Shown: piece by piece, positions 28,571 through 43,232 of the stretch | Numbering within the stretch: the stretch's first letter is position 1 | Layout: each line of letters begins with the position of its first letter | Source of the DNA: Octopus vulgaris | Lineage: Eukaryota | Direction: 5' to 3' | Length of the DNA stretch: 64,000 bases | Assembly: GCA_951406725.2 (NCBI GenBank) | Contig: OX597820.1 | Location: forward strand, 108,376,001 to 108,440,000 | Position numbers and translations under genes: made by a program | Notes under the pieces: model-generated | What the model saw: only the letters and a program-made list of their open reading frames with translations | Told to the model about the DNA's origin: nothing | Database searches by the model: none

Positions 28571-28880
28571 ATGCTAAGATAATTTGTATAGTGAATATAT
28601 ATCAGTACTGGTTTAGGTCATTTATGAGACCTTTTCAACTGTAACGTATTATATAATTATGTATTTATATATATATGTATGTATATAAAATTGTATGTAT
28701 ATATATATGTATGTATATATATATGTATGTATATATATATGTATGTATTATATATGTATGTATGTATATAAGATATATTATGTATATATATATGTATGTA
28801 TATATATATGTATGTATATATATATGTATGTATATATATATGTATCAGAAAATGCTAAGATAATTTTATAGTGAATCTTT

Positions 28881-28918
28881 CAGTACTGGTTTCGGTCATT
28901 TTGAGACCTTTTCAACTG
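28881..28918 (-). ncRNA. Minimal type I hammerhead, U3-A8 core variant (second, mutated copy at 28603-28641)
   Basis: Minus strand reads CAG-TTGAAAA-GGTC-TCAAAAT-GACC-GAAAC-CA-GTA-CTG. Confidence 0.6.
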
Positions 28919-29154
28919 TAACGATTAAATAATTAAATTTAGAAAAATTAGAAGAAAAGTTTTTTTAAAAGAATATTTCTATAGTAGTGTTCAGATATAA
29001 GTAGCATTCTGCCTTTCTCTGACTCCCTTGTTTGCACTTGTGTGTTCGAGGTCGTTGTGAGTTCTTGGTAGGGTAGGTGAAGAATAAGGAGGCTAGATAT
29101 ATATGTATATATATGTATATATATGTATATATATGTATATATATATATATATAT

Positions 29155-29460
29155 CATCATCATCATCATCGTTTAACGTCTGTTTTCCGCGCTAGCACAG
29201 GTTGGACGGTTTGACCGGGGTCTGGGAAGCCAGGAGGCTGCACCAGGCTCCAGTCTGATCTGGCAGAGTTTCTACGGCTGGATGCCCTTCCTAACGCCAA
29301 CCACTCCGCGAGTGTAATGGGTGCTTTTTACGTGCCACCTGCACAGGTGCCAGGGTGGGTCTGGCATCCTCACGATCGGTTCGAGCTTTTAACGTGCCAG
29401 CGGCACGGAAGCCAGCCAAGGCGGCGCTGGCATCGGCCACGTTCGGATGGTGCTTTTTGG
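29155..29460 (-). mobile_element. RTE-type 3' tail fragment (others near 16115, 25070, 51200 and 58890)
   Basis: (CAT)n plus GGATGCCCTTCCTAACGCCAACC. Confidence 0.75.
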
Positions 29461-30183
29461 GGGTGCAGGTAATATAGGGAAGCACCAGTGGGGAGGGCTG
29501 GGGTAAGGAGGAACGATGACAGCTAGGGTTGATGCAGGTTCGTAGGAAATAAAACGTAGGACATCACGAGTGGGGGAGGGGACTGGAAGGAGATAGCCGG
29601 TTGAGGCAGTGACAGATTCAATAACAGGAGGAAACATAGGATAGGTGGGGCGGTTGATGAGCTGCGGCGCTAGCTGCTTGTCTTGGTGGTGGTGGGGGGG
29701 TAATACACAGTGAAAGCATGTGAGGAGGAGGGGTAGGAGGGAGAGACACACATAATGGTGGTGGGGGAGGGCAGATCTGGTGTAGATGGTGTGAACAGTG
29801 AGAACAGTGTTCACCGGTATTGGTTGTGGGGGTGGGAAAGGGCGGGCGCACCGCGAATGGTGAAGATCGAATTAAAGGATTGAAGGTACTTTAGAGAAAC
29901 GGGCGGGAAATGGCGATGTTTTTTGGGGTAGCATAGAGAAAGAAAAAGGAAAGCAAAGCACGTTGGTGGTATAAGTTCAAAACATTTAAACGGTAGGCAA
30001 ATGTATGTATGTATGAAAAAGAAGTGAGAAATCTTAGCTTGCTTTAGACATCGCTGTGAATCAGAGAAGAAATGATAGGAGTGGAGAGAGAAGGTGCATA
30101 TAAATAGATTGACCGGAAGTCTGAGTTTGGGGAAGAAGGAAGTTTGGTTGGGGCTAATAATGGCGATTTTGGGTATATATATG

Positions 30184-30236
<53 letters not shown>

Positions 30237-30535
30237 GTATGTATATATATGTATGTATGTATATATATATGTATGTATGTATATATATATGTATGTATGT
30301 ATATATATATGTATGTATATATGTATGTATGTATATATGTATGTATGTATATATATATGTATGTATGTATATATATATATGTATGTATGTATATATATAT
30401 GTATGTATGTATATATATATGTATGTATGTATATATATGTATATATATATGTATATATATATATGTATGTATGTATATATATATGTATGTATATATATAT
30501 ATATGTATATATATATGTATGTATATATGTATATA

Positions 30536-30583
<48 letters not shown>

Positions 30584-30607
30584 AATGTATGTATATATAT
30601 ATGTATG

Positions 30608-30640
<33 letters not shown>

Positions 30641-30723
30641 GTATGTATATATAAATGTATGTATATATATATGTATGTATATATATATGTATGTATATAT
30701 ATATATATATGTATATATATATG

Positions 30724-30800
<77 letters not shown>

Positions 30801-31305
30801 GTATATATATATATATGTATATATATATGTATATATATATATGTATATATATATATATGTTGTGCAGGTGGCACATAAAAAGCACCAACCGACCGTGGCC
30901 GATGCCAGACCCCTCTGGCACCTGTGCAGGTGTAGCAAACCAAATGGCGGTGCCCCAGCATGGCCACAGCTCATTAGCTGAAACTGGAAAAATCAAAATC
31001 AAAATCAAAAATCATATAAATATAAAAGTATAAAAATGTAAAATATAAAAACTTATGCATAAACTTCATAATGCTACACTTATATAATATAATACTCATA
31101 GGTACAATAATGCAAGGTAAACAAAACAAAATAAAACAAAATATATATCAGTGTATATATTAATATTAATAAGCACAGTTATTATACATATTTGGCTAAT
31201 AGTTTTAAAAAACTAACACATAGGGAGATGAAAAATAATAATTAAAACCATGGTTCAGTTCATAAAATTATAAAGCTATAAAAGTCAATAAAAATTACTA
31301 TTAAT

Positions 31306-31336
<31 letters not shown>

Positions 31337-31606
31337 GATACAGTTATGTTTGCACCAAGTCCATCCTTTCAAGATCGAAATAACTATGAGTTTAGAAATT
31401 CTGACCACTAGGTAATGATTATTTAGATTAATTCGATTGGCTAGTAGTTTGAAATTTAAATCACAAAAGAAATTTTACGGTTAGTTAGTCAAGGAACGCC
31501 AATATTCACACGCGCATCCACAGATCCATCGCACATACATACGTAATTATATGTATACACACACACATACACTTATACACATACATAACCACACAAGCAA
31601 CAACTA

Positions 31607-31706
31607 NNNNNNNNNNNNNNNNNNNNNNNNNNNNNNNNNNNNNNNNNNNNNNNNNNNNNNNNNNNNNNNNNNNNNNNNNNNNNNNNNNNNNNNNNNNNNN
31701 NNNNNN
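31607..31706. other. Assembly gap (100 N)
   Basis: N run. Confidence 1.
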
Positions 31707-32330
31707 AGCAAGCCATTTGCAGTTCCATCTGTGCAGACCTGAGAGTTCAGAGAGGTCCTCCTTTATCGTTGTTGCCTAGGTCTTCAGCTGCCCACCCGTG
31801 CATTTGCACCAGTTGGGGAGAGGAGAAGGGAAGAGGACATCGCGAATCAGCTCACCCTCTGGATGCCGGACTGCATGACCGAACCACCTTAAGCACTGAT
31901 GTAGAAGCATCGAAGGGAGGGGCTGGAGATTCAGGCGATGACAAAGATTGGCTGTAGGAGCCCGATCAATGCGTCGGAGAAAGTCATTGTCGAACACCTC
32001 CAGCCTTCGCTGATCAACTACCCTCATAGGCCATGTTTCACAACCATACAGGATAGTACAAACGCCAGCCTAGTAGATTTGCCCTTTGGTCACCAAGGAG
32101 ATCTCTCTTCTGTCCCACAGGCACTGCTGGAGGCACACGAATGCAGATCTGGCAGCACCTATGTGACGCTCGACCTTGGCTGCGCCCTGGTCTGTTGGAA
32201 ACACCATTCAACCCAGGTAGATGAAGGACTCCACATCCTCCAGCTCGACGCCCTCAAGAACGTTTGGCTGCCAGTCATCTGCTGCGACCAGAGACGTCAT
32301 CACTTTGGTTTTGCTGACGGTCTAATTTAG
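31707..32330 (-). mobile_element. RTE-clade LINE 3' fragment
   Basis: RRLEVFDNDFLRRI ... LRWFGH. Confidence 0.8.
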
Positions 32331-33277
32331 TTCCTTCTGAAAAACTAAGTAAAATTATATATTTTTTTAATTTATAGATTATTTTCTCTTTATCTAAGAA
32401 ATAGTATAGTTTGTAATTATTGTAGCTTTATGCTTTTGTTTATTGCATTTATGGAGATATTTCCTCTGATAAACTAAGTAAGTTTGTACTTTTTACTTCT
32501 TAGTTACTTAGAATAATGTTTATAGTAGTAAGAATAAATAAATGCGAGCAATTATTATATATTATCATTATATGTAATCTTTTTGAATAATTATCCATAT
32601 ATGAATATTTGTTCTAGTACCTATGATATTTAGTGGATATAGTAAAATTATGTTCTTTTGAACTTGTATATAAACATATAAATTTATAGAATAAAAATAT
32701 TGGATTAACTTAATTTATTTCCTTCTGTTAAACTAAATAAAACTCTGATACTTTATTTATTTATATATTATTATCATTATTATGTAAAAAAAATTGGTAT
32801 GGTTTTATAGTAATCATAACTCTATACATTTGTTTAACATCAGTATATTTGGTAGTAATATACTGAGTGAATGAATTGTTGATTAAGAAGTTTTTTATTG
32901 AACTTAAGTGTCTGAATTAAATATATCCTTATTTATTTATCTTTTTTCATCATAATATATGGTAATTTTAAATAAAATATATTTCCTACTCCACCATAAA
33001 TTTTTGATATATTATACACTATATAGGTATGGATATTATATTATAAAATGGCCAGTGATTATTTTTGATTAATATCATTGGAGATGCATAAGAACATTTT
33101 ATGGCCGTTGTATATTTTCTTTACTTATTTTATCCATTTGAATTTTGTTGTTCTTTTTATTGTATTTATTACGCATTTGAATTATTAACACTCACACTTC
33201 TAAACATAGGTATTTTGTGAATCAGTAGTTTTGTGATTTCGCAGTCCTTACATAGAATTTCATCTGTTTTTTTAACA

Positions 33278-33364
33278 AAAGCCCTGAAGAGGCTTGTATA
33301 CATAGATGTGAATTTATTTTATAAATTCACTAGTGTATATGAGTCGAAACATGTTGTTGGCTTT
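33278..33364 (+). ncRNA. Type I hammerhead ribozyme motif with extended stem II
   Basis: Stem I AAAGCC/GGCTTT; CTGAAGA; stem II GGCTTGTATACA/TGTATATGAGTC plus inner hairpin GTGAATTTAT/ATAAATTCAC; GAAAC-ATGTT-GTT. Confidence 0.8.
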
Positions 33365-33889
33365 ATATTTGTTTTTTAAAGATTTGTTGTGTTATATTAT
33401 ATCTTTTTATTGAATATTATAAAGTAAAAAAAATTTTTAGTTTGTCAATTATATTTCTCTATTTCATTATATATATATATGTACATACATAGACCTATAT
33501 ATTACACATATACATATGATGTGTGTTTGTGCCTCATTGTCTTGACACCATATGATAGTTATAAATGTCTTTCATGCTAGCCATGTCCTTTGTTTCCGGT
33601 CTTCTGTGAAAATATGTCTGGCCATGAGAAATATTACTTTGGTGAGCATTGATGACTGAGAGGGTATTGTACCATAGAAGATCTGCCTCGACAAATGCTG
33701 TCCGACCCTTGCCATCATGGAAAAGTGATGGCAGTAAGGATGATTTAATTATGATTGCTCTGTTTAAAATGTTGACTTATTACCCATCAGCTGGTATTGA
33801 TTAGATCTACATACCCTTGCACCTCAAATTTATGGTCTTGTAACAATTTTGGATACTATCATTATTATTTGTATTATTACTTTTAGAGT

Positions 33890-34550
33890 TAGGGTAATGG
33901 ATTGGCAATATGCCTTGCAAGATTTGGAAATATGCCTTGCAAGATTTGTTCCAACTGTTCTGAGTTCAAATCTTGTTGAAATTGAATTTTGCTTTTCATC
34001 CTTTCAGGCTGGGTAAAATAAAGTACCAGTCAAGTACTGGAGTTGATGTAATCAAGTAACTCTCTCCCGCGAGAATTGCTGGCTTTGTACCTAAATTAGA
34101 AGCAGTTATAACTTTTAGTATTGCAGATGGCGGAGTATGTAGATTACCAGAAAAAATATCTTGTGGTATTTAATCTGATCCCTTTAGGTTTTGAGTTTCT
34201 TTTGAGAGCCAACTTTATCATTCATCCTCTTGTAATTAGCAATAGTAAGTATCAGTTAAGAACAGGAATTAATTAAATATAGGAGCAATTTATTCAATGT
34301 TCCCTCTCTCTCTAATGTAAAGCATTGTCACTGGCAGAATCATTAGTATGTTTAACAATCATTAGTATGTTTGGCATTTCTTCTGGCTCTTTACAACCTC
34401 AGTTCAAATTCTTCTGAGGTTGACTTTGCCTTTCATCTTTCTGAAATAAAAATAAATACCAGTCAAGCACTGTGGTTGATGTAATCTACTAACCCCCTAC
34501 TCCTAAAATTACTGGCCTTGTGCCAAAATTCGAAGTCATTACTATTATTA
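33890..34550 (+). mobile_element. Decayed tandem SINEs (family B)
   Basis: GAGTTCAAAT ... TTTCATCCTTTC ... AAATAAAGTACCAGT repeated about three times. Confidence 0.65.
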
Positions 34551-35597
34551 TTACTTTTGTTGTGCTTTTTATCTGTAGTTTATCTGTAGTTAAATTCTAT
34601 GTACCCCTCAGTTTAGCTTTGACTGAACATTACCAGAAATCAAAGGCTTTTCAGCCAACAGCATCCCATCAACTTTTTTTTTAATAGTGAATTTTGTGTT
34701 TGTGTGTATATAAATGTTTCATGTATTTAACAAGACCCTATGTAGAATGTGTGCAGTGTCTAATAATGATATTTCTGAGGAATTATTGCAGATGTTTGAT
34801 GCCTCTAAACTTTGCAGCATTTTTTTTACAACTTATATTTCAGTTATGTTGGGAACAATTTTTGCATTCATTTCCCACATGCTTTATCACTCACTATCTC
34901 TAGATCCTAGTATTTCAAATGTTTTCCAACATTTTCTTGAGCAATGTTCTGATCTGAATAAATTGCTGATAAAAATTCTTTCCTAACTTTGTCTCTAATA
35001 ATGATAATCACTGTACAGTTTGCTCTCATTTCTTTGTCAGTTTGAATAAGCACATCTCAGAATATTGTTGTGGTTCTGTCATTTTTCTTTCACAGTTTTT
35101 GGTGTTTATGCCATTTGTTATCTTTCTTTGGTAATATTTAAATATTACCCAGTGAACATCATTATTTGTTTGATTAGACCTGTATTTTGTGAACTAAAAC
35201 TTGATAATTTAAGACAGTGTAGTTAATTATTTCCTGATGTGCAGTACATAATAACTAATTACTGCCTCTTGTTCAGTTGGTTATATTTTTGAATAGTTTT
35301 TTCTGAATATTCTATTAAGTGGTGTAGTTATAAAGTGTTCTGTTTCAGCTTTTAACTAATAGTTAAAATCTTAGACAGAAGACTTCTAATCGGTAAACCA
35401 TTTTCCTCTTTCTTTCACTTTTATCTTACTCTTGTTCAGTATTACCAGAGACTGACCTTTTAGGGGTTTAACTCCACTCACACACACACACTTGTACTTA
35501 AGTCTTTCGTTCTTTGTTTTTTTTAAAAATTTGCTTGCTTTCCTCATCTTTAAAAGCCTGGAAATTAACTCCAATATACTCAAATAAGGAACATGAA

Positions 35598-35735
<138 letters not shown>

Positions 35736-35762
35736 ATCTTTGTTTCTTTTCTGTCTTTGCAG

Positions 35763-35852
35763 ATTGCTGAGGAAGTTGCCAAACTTCTCGAGTTGAAAGC
35801 GAAGCTTGGAGATGAATCTGGACCAAAGAAATTTGTCCTCAAGACTCCAAAG
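35763..35852 (+). CDS. HARS: HARS exon: second WHEP helix and linker (IAEEVAKLLELKAKLGDESGPKKFVLKTPK)
   Basis: Acceptor TTTGCAG, donor AAG|GTAAGG, 90 nt; resembles the metazoan HisRS segment EEVAKLL.LKA.LG...KFVLKTPK. Confidence 0.95.
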
Positions 35853-36479
35853 GTAAGGAAAGTAGCTTTTTTCCCCCTGATTACTTTTTCCAAATTGACT
35901 TACAGCTTCACAGGTGCAAATAGTAGGTGTATTAAGGTTAATGTGTGAGATGATAAGTAAATCAACTGAATATGTTTGTGTAATATAACGGATATGTATA
36001 TATACACTAAAATAAGACCAAAACTGTAGAAATTTGAAGATTCATTACCTCTGTTAGCAACAAAGGGTTACTTTTTATCTCTGTATGTGTAAGAAGAATG
36101 ATACTACATGGTAGTGAGGCTCAAGTATAGTATGTAGAGGGCTTGTGGAGACTGAAGAAAAAAGATCTGTTGGATATGATCTGTTATCTTGCCAAAAAAT
36201 TAGGTCACAGGTGAGTTGGTAAACTAGCTGGCTATACTATTAGACATCGGGAGAGAACTGTATTGGAATAGAAATGTAATATAAATGGTTAGTGTGAGGT
36301 GGGTGAAAATATCCCACCATACTGAGACAGAGGGAAGATAGTTGTAAAAACGCAGGAACAAATACTGAGAACAGAATTTAGGATATTGGGTTTCACACGG
36401 ATGGACAGTATTGTATCATAAAACAACTATATGTCAGACTTATCCAAGTACTAACTTAAAAGCTGCACTTTGTGTGGAC

Positions 36480-39205
36480 TTTTATGTTAGCTCTTGCAGA
36501 TGGCTAATTGGGCTTGTGGCTAGTCATTAGCGACTTTAGGCTCGAGGCCAGAAGGATACCAAGATACAGACAAATCCAAAAAAGGATTTGGTAGGTAAAG
36601 AACCCTTCACATGCTCAGAGATTTAGGGACATCTTCATCAAGAAATCTGAGAGGGAGGAGGAGCTACAGACATCAGACATTGAAGGTAGCTGGAAATTCC
36701 TACAGGACAGCTTGCTGAGTGCCACAGACCAAGTCAGTGGATGGTGCAAAGTCCCTTCCAGACCTAGAGTTACATGGTGGTGGAATAGTATGGTAGACAA
36801 TGCCATTAGAGCAAAGAAACAGGCCTGGAAAGCCTGGAAGGGTTGGGGTAGCAGGGAACTGTACCTGGAAGTCAAAAGTGAGGCTGGGCAGCAGGTATAT
36901 ATAGCCAAGGGCAAAGCGGAAAAGAAGAGGTTTGCCAATGTCCAGCGACGTGAGGACCAAAGAACTGAGGTATTTCGTATTGCAAGACAGTGTGTGAGAG
37001 AAAATTGTGATGTCACAGGAGAGAAATGTGTCTGCATGGATGATGGTGCACATGCTTTTAATGTTTCTGAAAAGAAAGAGGCTTGGAGAAGCTATTATGA
37101 AAGACTGCTGAATGTGGAGAATAAATGGGAGGAGGGAGAGCCTGCCAAATGTTCACCCAGTAGAAGGACCAGCTATCCAAATAAACAGCTCCCTAGTAGA
37201 TAAAGTAACAAAGGGTATGAAGCCAGGAAAAGCCCCTGGCCCATCAGGAATCACTGCTGAGATGCTTAAAACATCTGGTGGTGTGGACTATGGCCTAGTC
37301 ACCCGCATTGTAAACCAGGTAGTTCATGATGGAGTCATACCCAATGACTGGCATAGCAGCACCATAGTCTACTGCTACAAGGGTAAAGGTGATGCTCTAG
37401 GTAGAAATAACTACAGAGGCTATTTCTGGATCAGGTGATGAAGGTCATGGAGAGGGTCATAGCCCATCTCATTAGGGAGAGAGACTGCTTAGATGAGATG
37501 CAGTCCGGTTTTGTGCCGTGTAGAAGCACCACTGATGCTATATTCCTGGTTCGACAACTGCAGGAGAAATACCTAGATAAAGATAAACCCCTATACTTAG
37601 CTTTTGTGGACTTGGAGAAAGCCTTTGACAGAGTCCCCCGATCCCTTATCTGGTGGGCGATGCGGAAACTGGAGATTGATGAATGGTTAATAAGGGCTGT
37701 ACAGGACCTTTACAGAGAGGCCGTAAGGTTAGGATTGGCAATGAGTACAGTTAAGAATTCCGGGTAGAAGTAGGGATCCACCAAGGTTCAGCCCTCAGTC
37801 CCCTTTTATTCATCATAGTCCTTCAGGCAATAACAGAGGAATTCAAGACGGGTTGCCCCTGGAAGCTGATGACCTGGCCTTCATAGCAGAATCACTACCG
37901 GAACTAGAGAAGAAATTTCATGTGTGGAAGCCAGGTTTAGAATCAAAAGGCCTTAGAGTCAATGTAGCAAAGACCAAAGTTCTAGTAAGTAGGAAAACAA
38001 ACTCACCACACACCCCTTCAGGTAGGTGGCCCTGCTCGATCTGTAGAAAAGGTGTAGGTAGAAACTCCATAAGATGTACCTAGTGTAAGCTATGGACACA
38101 TAAGAGGTGCAGCAACATCAAAGGAAAATTAACCGAGAAGATAGCTTTCATGTGCGGCAGATGCACAGGGGCAATAGACACCATTGATACTCAGAAAACA
38201 GATTCATCACACTCCAGGGGGAGAAACTAGAAGTAGTTGATAGTTTCCGCTACCTAGGAGACCAAGTTAGTAGTGGGGGTGGATGCTCAGAGAGTGTTAC
38301 CACTAAAATAAGAATAATCTGGGCAGAGTTTAGAAAGCTTCTACCCCTACTGGTGACAAAGGATCTCTCGTTCAGAGTGAAAGGTAGATTGTATAACACA
38401 TGTGTGTGAACTGCCATGCTTCATGGCAGTGAAACATGGGCCATGACTGCGGAGGACATGCATAGGCTCGAAAGAAATGAAGCTAGCATGATCAGTTGGA
38501 TGTGTAATGTCAGTGTGCACACATGAGTGTAAGCACCCTGAGAGAAATGTTGGACATAAGAAGCATAAGATGTGGCGTGCAAGAGAGATGTTTGCATTGG
38601 TATGGTCATGTACTACGGATGGATGAGGAGAGATGTGTGAAGAAGTGCCACTACAAAACAGTTGAAGGAATCCGGGGTAGAGGTAGACCTAGGTAGACAT
38701 GGGATGAGGTAGTCAGGTATGACCTTCGAACATTTGGCCTCACAGAAGCAACAACAAAAGACCGAGACCTCTAGAGATATGCTGTGACTGCGAAGACCCG
38801 AAAAATGAAGTGAGTTTATGGCTCACAGGATGGCCTGCTGTGCTTACCTTGGGTCATTGGGTGACCTGGTGTGCTTGAGGAGACCTATTGAGTCACGTAC
38901 ATCAACATCAAAATAAAAATCAAACAGAAGTTGTTGCTGTGATACCCGAACTGGTGGCACCATCTGAATGTGGCCGATGCCAATGCTGCTTTGACTGGTG
39001 CTGATGGAATGTAAGAAGCACCAACCGATCATGGCATGTAAAAAGCACCCACTACACTCACGGAGTGGTTGGCATTAGAAAGGGCATCCAGCTGTAGAAA
39101 CACTGCCAGATCAGACTGCAACCTGGTGCAGCCCCCTGGCTTTCCAGACCCTGGTCGAACCGTCCAACCCATGCTAGCATGGAAAGTGGAAGTTAAATGA
39201 TGATG
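36480..39205 (+). mobile_element. RTE-type LINE pseudogene with a Cys-rich (PHD-like) insert
   Basis: KAPGPSG, NNYRG, FVDLEKAFDRVPR, ADDL and WPCSICRKGVGRNSIRC motifs; (GAT)n tail. Confidence 0.92.
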
Positions 39206-39272
39206 ATGTTGATGTATATATTTATATATATTTGTATATTATATATATATATATGTATATTATATATATGTG

Positions 39273-39558
<286 letters not shown>

Positions 39559-39574
39559 CATATATATATTTATA

Positions 39575-40630
39575 TGAGGTTGTCAAGAATGTTCTTGGAG
39601 TTTTTAACCTTTAAATTCTGATGCACATAATTCGGCTCAAACGAAACTTTATTAATTGAATTAAACTTCATCAGAATCAACACACTCTTGCTAATGCAAA
39701 ACAAGTTTATTTATGCCAGTAGCGTAAAAATTCTGTGTTCAGGTTGCAATGAAATCGTTGAAGGTGTGTTTGGCATCATCTTGGTTTTTGAAGCATTTCT
39801 CATGCAGGAAGTTGTCGAGATGCTTGAAAAAAGTGGTAGTTGTTCGACAAAAGGTCTGGTGAGTATGACAGATGAGGTAGAATTTCGTAGCTTAAATCGT
39901 TCAACTTCTGCAGGGTCAGTTTCGCGATGTGCAGCCAAGCATTGTCGTAGAGAAGAATCGGTCCTTTTCTATTGACCCATGCTGGCTGTTGTTGTCGGAG
40001 TTTCTTATGCATTTCATCCATTTGCTAACCATACTTCTCCGCCATAATGGTTTCGCCTGGATCCAAAAAGCTGTGACCACCAAACAGACCATGACCTTCT
40101 TTTGGTGCAACTTTGGCTTCAGGAAGTGCCGTGGATCTTTGTTGGCATTCAACCACTGAGCTGAGCATCACCGGTTGTCATAAAGAATCCTTTTTTCATC
40201 GCAAGTCACAATCCAGTCGAGAAATGGGTCATTCTTGTTGCATAAAAGAAGGGAAGACAACACTTCAAAACAGGGTTTTTTTTTTTGGTTGTCATTCAAT
40301 TCATGCAGTACCCATTTCTCAAGTATTTTTGTTTTTCCAATCTCTTTCAAGTGGTTGGAAATTGTTGTATATGTTACGTCTAATTCAGAAGCAAGCTCTC
40401 GATCAGTTGTGTGTGGATTGGCTTTCACTAAGATTCTTAGTTGATTGTTGTCAACATCTGATGGCCGACCACTACGCTTATCTTCAAGACTTGTGTCACC
40501 ATTACGAAATTTCATTAGTGGTTCCTGGGCCAAACACATCATTGAAATCGCGAGCTGTTTCAGCAGCTTTTCGGCCTAGCTTCAGCTGCAATAAGAAAAT
40601 TGTGCAAATTTGCTTTTTGTCCATGTTGTA
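39575..40630 (-). mobile_element. mariner (Hsmar1/SETMAR-like) transposase pseudogene
   Basis: MDKKQICTIFL...RKAAETAR, WVLHEL, IVTCDEKRILYDNR and YSPDL motifs. Confidence 0.9.
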
Positions 40631-42397
40631 TTCAACATTCACTGTCACATCCTGGCGTCACTACCTCGGTAAAGCTTATTACGGCTCAGTTTTTCTGGCC
40701 TAATATGCGCCAGATGATCACCGATTGGGCATGCTCTTGTGTAAAATGCCAGCGTTCTAAAATCCACAGGCATATTCACGTTCCTCTTGGACAGTTTTTT
40801 CCTCCAGAGACTCACTTTTGCCATGTCCACACTGATCTGGTTGGACCATGGCCTGTCAGCCGTGGTTTCTCTTACATATTAACATGCGTCGATCGTTTCT
40901 CTCGTTGGCCAGAGGCCATTCCAATAGTGGACATTTCCGCTGTGTCAGTTGCTCGAGCTTTCACTTCAAACTGGATTGCTTGCTTTGGAGTCCCTGCTAA
41001 AATAACCACTGATTGTGGACGCCAGTTCAAGGCTTCCCTATTTTGTGAATTATCACGAATCCTAGGAGTTCATCCCATTTGTACGACCAGCTACCACCCA
41101 GCCTCCAACGGGATGGATGCTTTCACAGGAAACTGAAGGTTGCCCTACGTGTCACTTCTGATCCACAGTCTTGGACAGAATTCCTGCCTATCATTCTTCT
41201 TGGTTGTCGCACTGCTGTTAAAACAGACTTAGGTTTCTCCTCTGCTGAACTCCTCTATGGTACTATCCTGGCACTCTCTGGTACAATGTTAGTGCCAGAC
41301 AACTCATTGCCTCCTGATCCAACATGGTATGTCACTCAGACTTTGCTCATATTTCTCGAGTCTTCCACCCATGAATCCGTGTGACCAGTCTATTCCCTCT
41401 CGTGTCCCTCCGGATATTGACAAATGGACTCATGTTTTGTTCGGGATGATTCTGTCAGAGGACCTCTCATTTCTCCTTTTAAGGGACCATTTCATGCGGT
41501 ATCGCACACATACAAAACTTTTAGTCTCAACATCCATGGTCAGGCAGAGACCGTGTCGGTTGACAGACTTAAAAGGGCACATTTTGAGGTGTCCACACCC
41601 TTCAATGACATGCCAAAGACGCCCTCCTTTGATATTTTACAATCACCTACACATCCACCTGCACATGCACCTTTGACCATACCATCACCTACATCTTCAC
41701 CTTCGTCGCCACTACTAACATGAATAAACCCTATGTCACCAGGACTGGCTGCACTGTGCATTGGCCCAAAAAACTCACTAAAACTATTTATATCTGACAA
41801 TCTCTTTTGTGTTTCCTGTGACAGACAACTGCTTTCTTGTGTTACTGGACAGTTCCAATACTCTGCCAATGAACATTTTGCCAAATTTTGTGCATGCTAA
41901 TTTATATTTCTTGCAGTTATTATTCTATTTGACTTATCACATTTTTGTACCATATCTTGTTGATTGCAATCAGTTACCATCTTTGCTCTTTCTTGTGCCT
42001 GCTCCAATTATTTTGTTTTTGTACTTCCGCACTCAGGGGGAGCCTTTGTAGCGGCACAAGTAGTCAGCAACATATTGGATGAGATCTTGCGACAGCCATT
42101 GCCATCTGGAGCGAGACCTCACCTGCATCCATTTACCATGTGTGAGATCACAAGGCTCGCGATGGAGAAAACTATATAAAGGGAAAACCTTCTTCAAATT
42201 TCTTTTCTTCGGCGCCACAACACACCAGCACTGGCTGAACAACACTACTGGCTGTGGTTTTCTGCCTGTCTATCTCCAGAGGCAATGCACCCACACTATC
42301 AGAGCTTAAGATGGTAGCTGAGAGTAGCACACTTCACCTTTCCTGTAAATAAACCAGTTGTAATTAGCAGTTGTAAATGCCGGAAGCCTGAACTACA
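40631..42397 (+). mobile_element. Gypsy LTR retrotransposon 3' remnant: integrase, PPT and 3' LTR (42047-42397)
   Basis: SHPG...CVKCQ, HTDLVGP, DRFSRWPEAIP, TDCGRQF and YHPASNG motifs; PPT AGGGGGAG; LTR TGTAG...CTACA containing TATATAAA and AATAAA. Confidence 0.92.
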
Positions 42398-43189
42398 TAA
42401 AGAACAAGTAGAATGAAGGAAGGAGATGATATTCCTCCGATATCATAAACCTTGCCTTCCATTATTAAAAACCTAATAATTACTCCCTCACAACCCTATA
42501 TCTTTTTCCCATTTGAAATTCAAGTGACTTCTATAAAATTATATTAACTATTTGTATTTCCTATTCAAGGAATTTTTTTACAACAATTTCTTTAAATATA
42601 CACTATAATTTATTTTTATTATATACCACTCATGACTGTCAAATCAAATATAAATTTAAATATAGCTATGCTGTCCCATTGGATGCTTATTTCAGCAAGA
42701 CTTCCTTTTGTTCCCACCAAAACACCCCTTTTTTTATTTAATTTTTTTCTACACAAACCCCTGTTTTCAGCTACGAAGTATACGAATCTGCAAAAAAATT
42801 AGCAAAAATCAGCATTTTGGAATTAACCCCACCCCATACACAACTAGACTCAACAGTATCTTAGCATCTATTTATTTTTCATAAGGATATTATGTATATC
42901 CGAATATCTTATGTGACACTCACTAGTCTTCTGTAACAATATAACATTCTTCTTTTGTATTTGTTTTGATGTATTCTTTTTTCGCACTGAGAATAGTAAT
43001 ATGTAATTAATTTAATTATAAATTAAATTAATTTCTAATTTTTTCCATGTTATTTACATGTTAATATTACCATTCAAAACAATCATATGCATGGATTAAA
43101 TTTTTTTAAACCTCTAACACCTTCTCTTCATCTTTAATTGTTTGTTGAGTTTCTGTGGGATACATGTTCTATAAATGCTCATAACACAC

Positions 43190-43232
<43 letters not shown>

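Noticed and set aside
29460-30170. GC-richer block with Pro-rich minus-strand ORFs
   Set aside because: No recognisable domain; probably a retroelement fragment, cannot be assigned.
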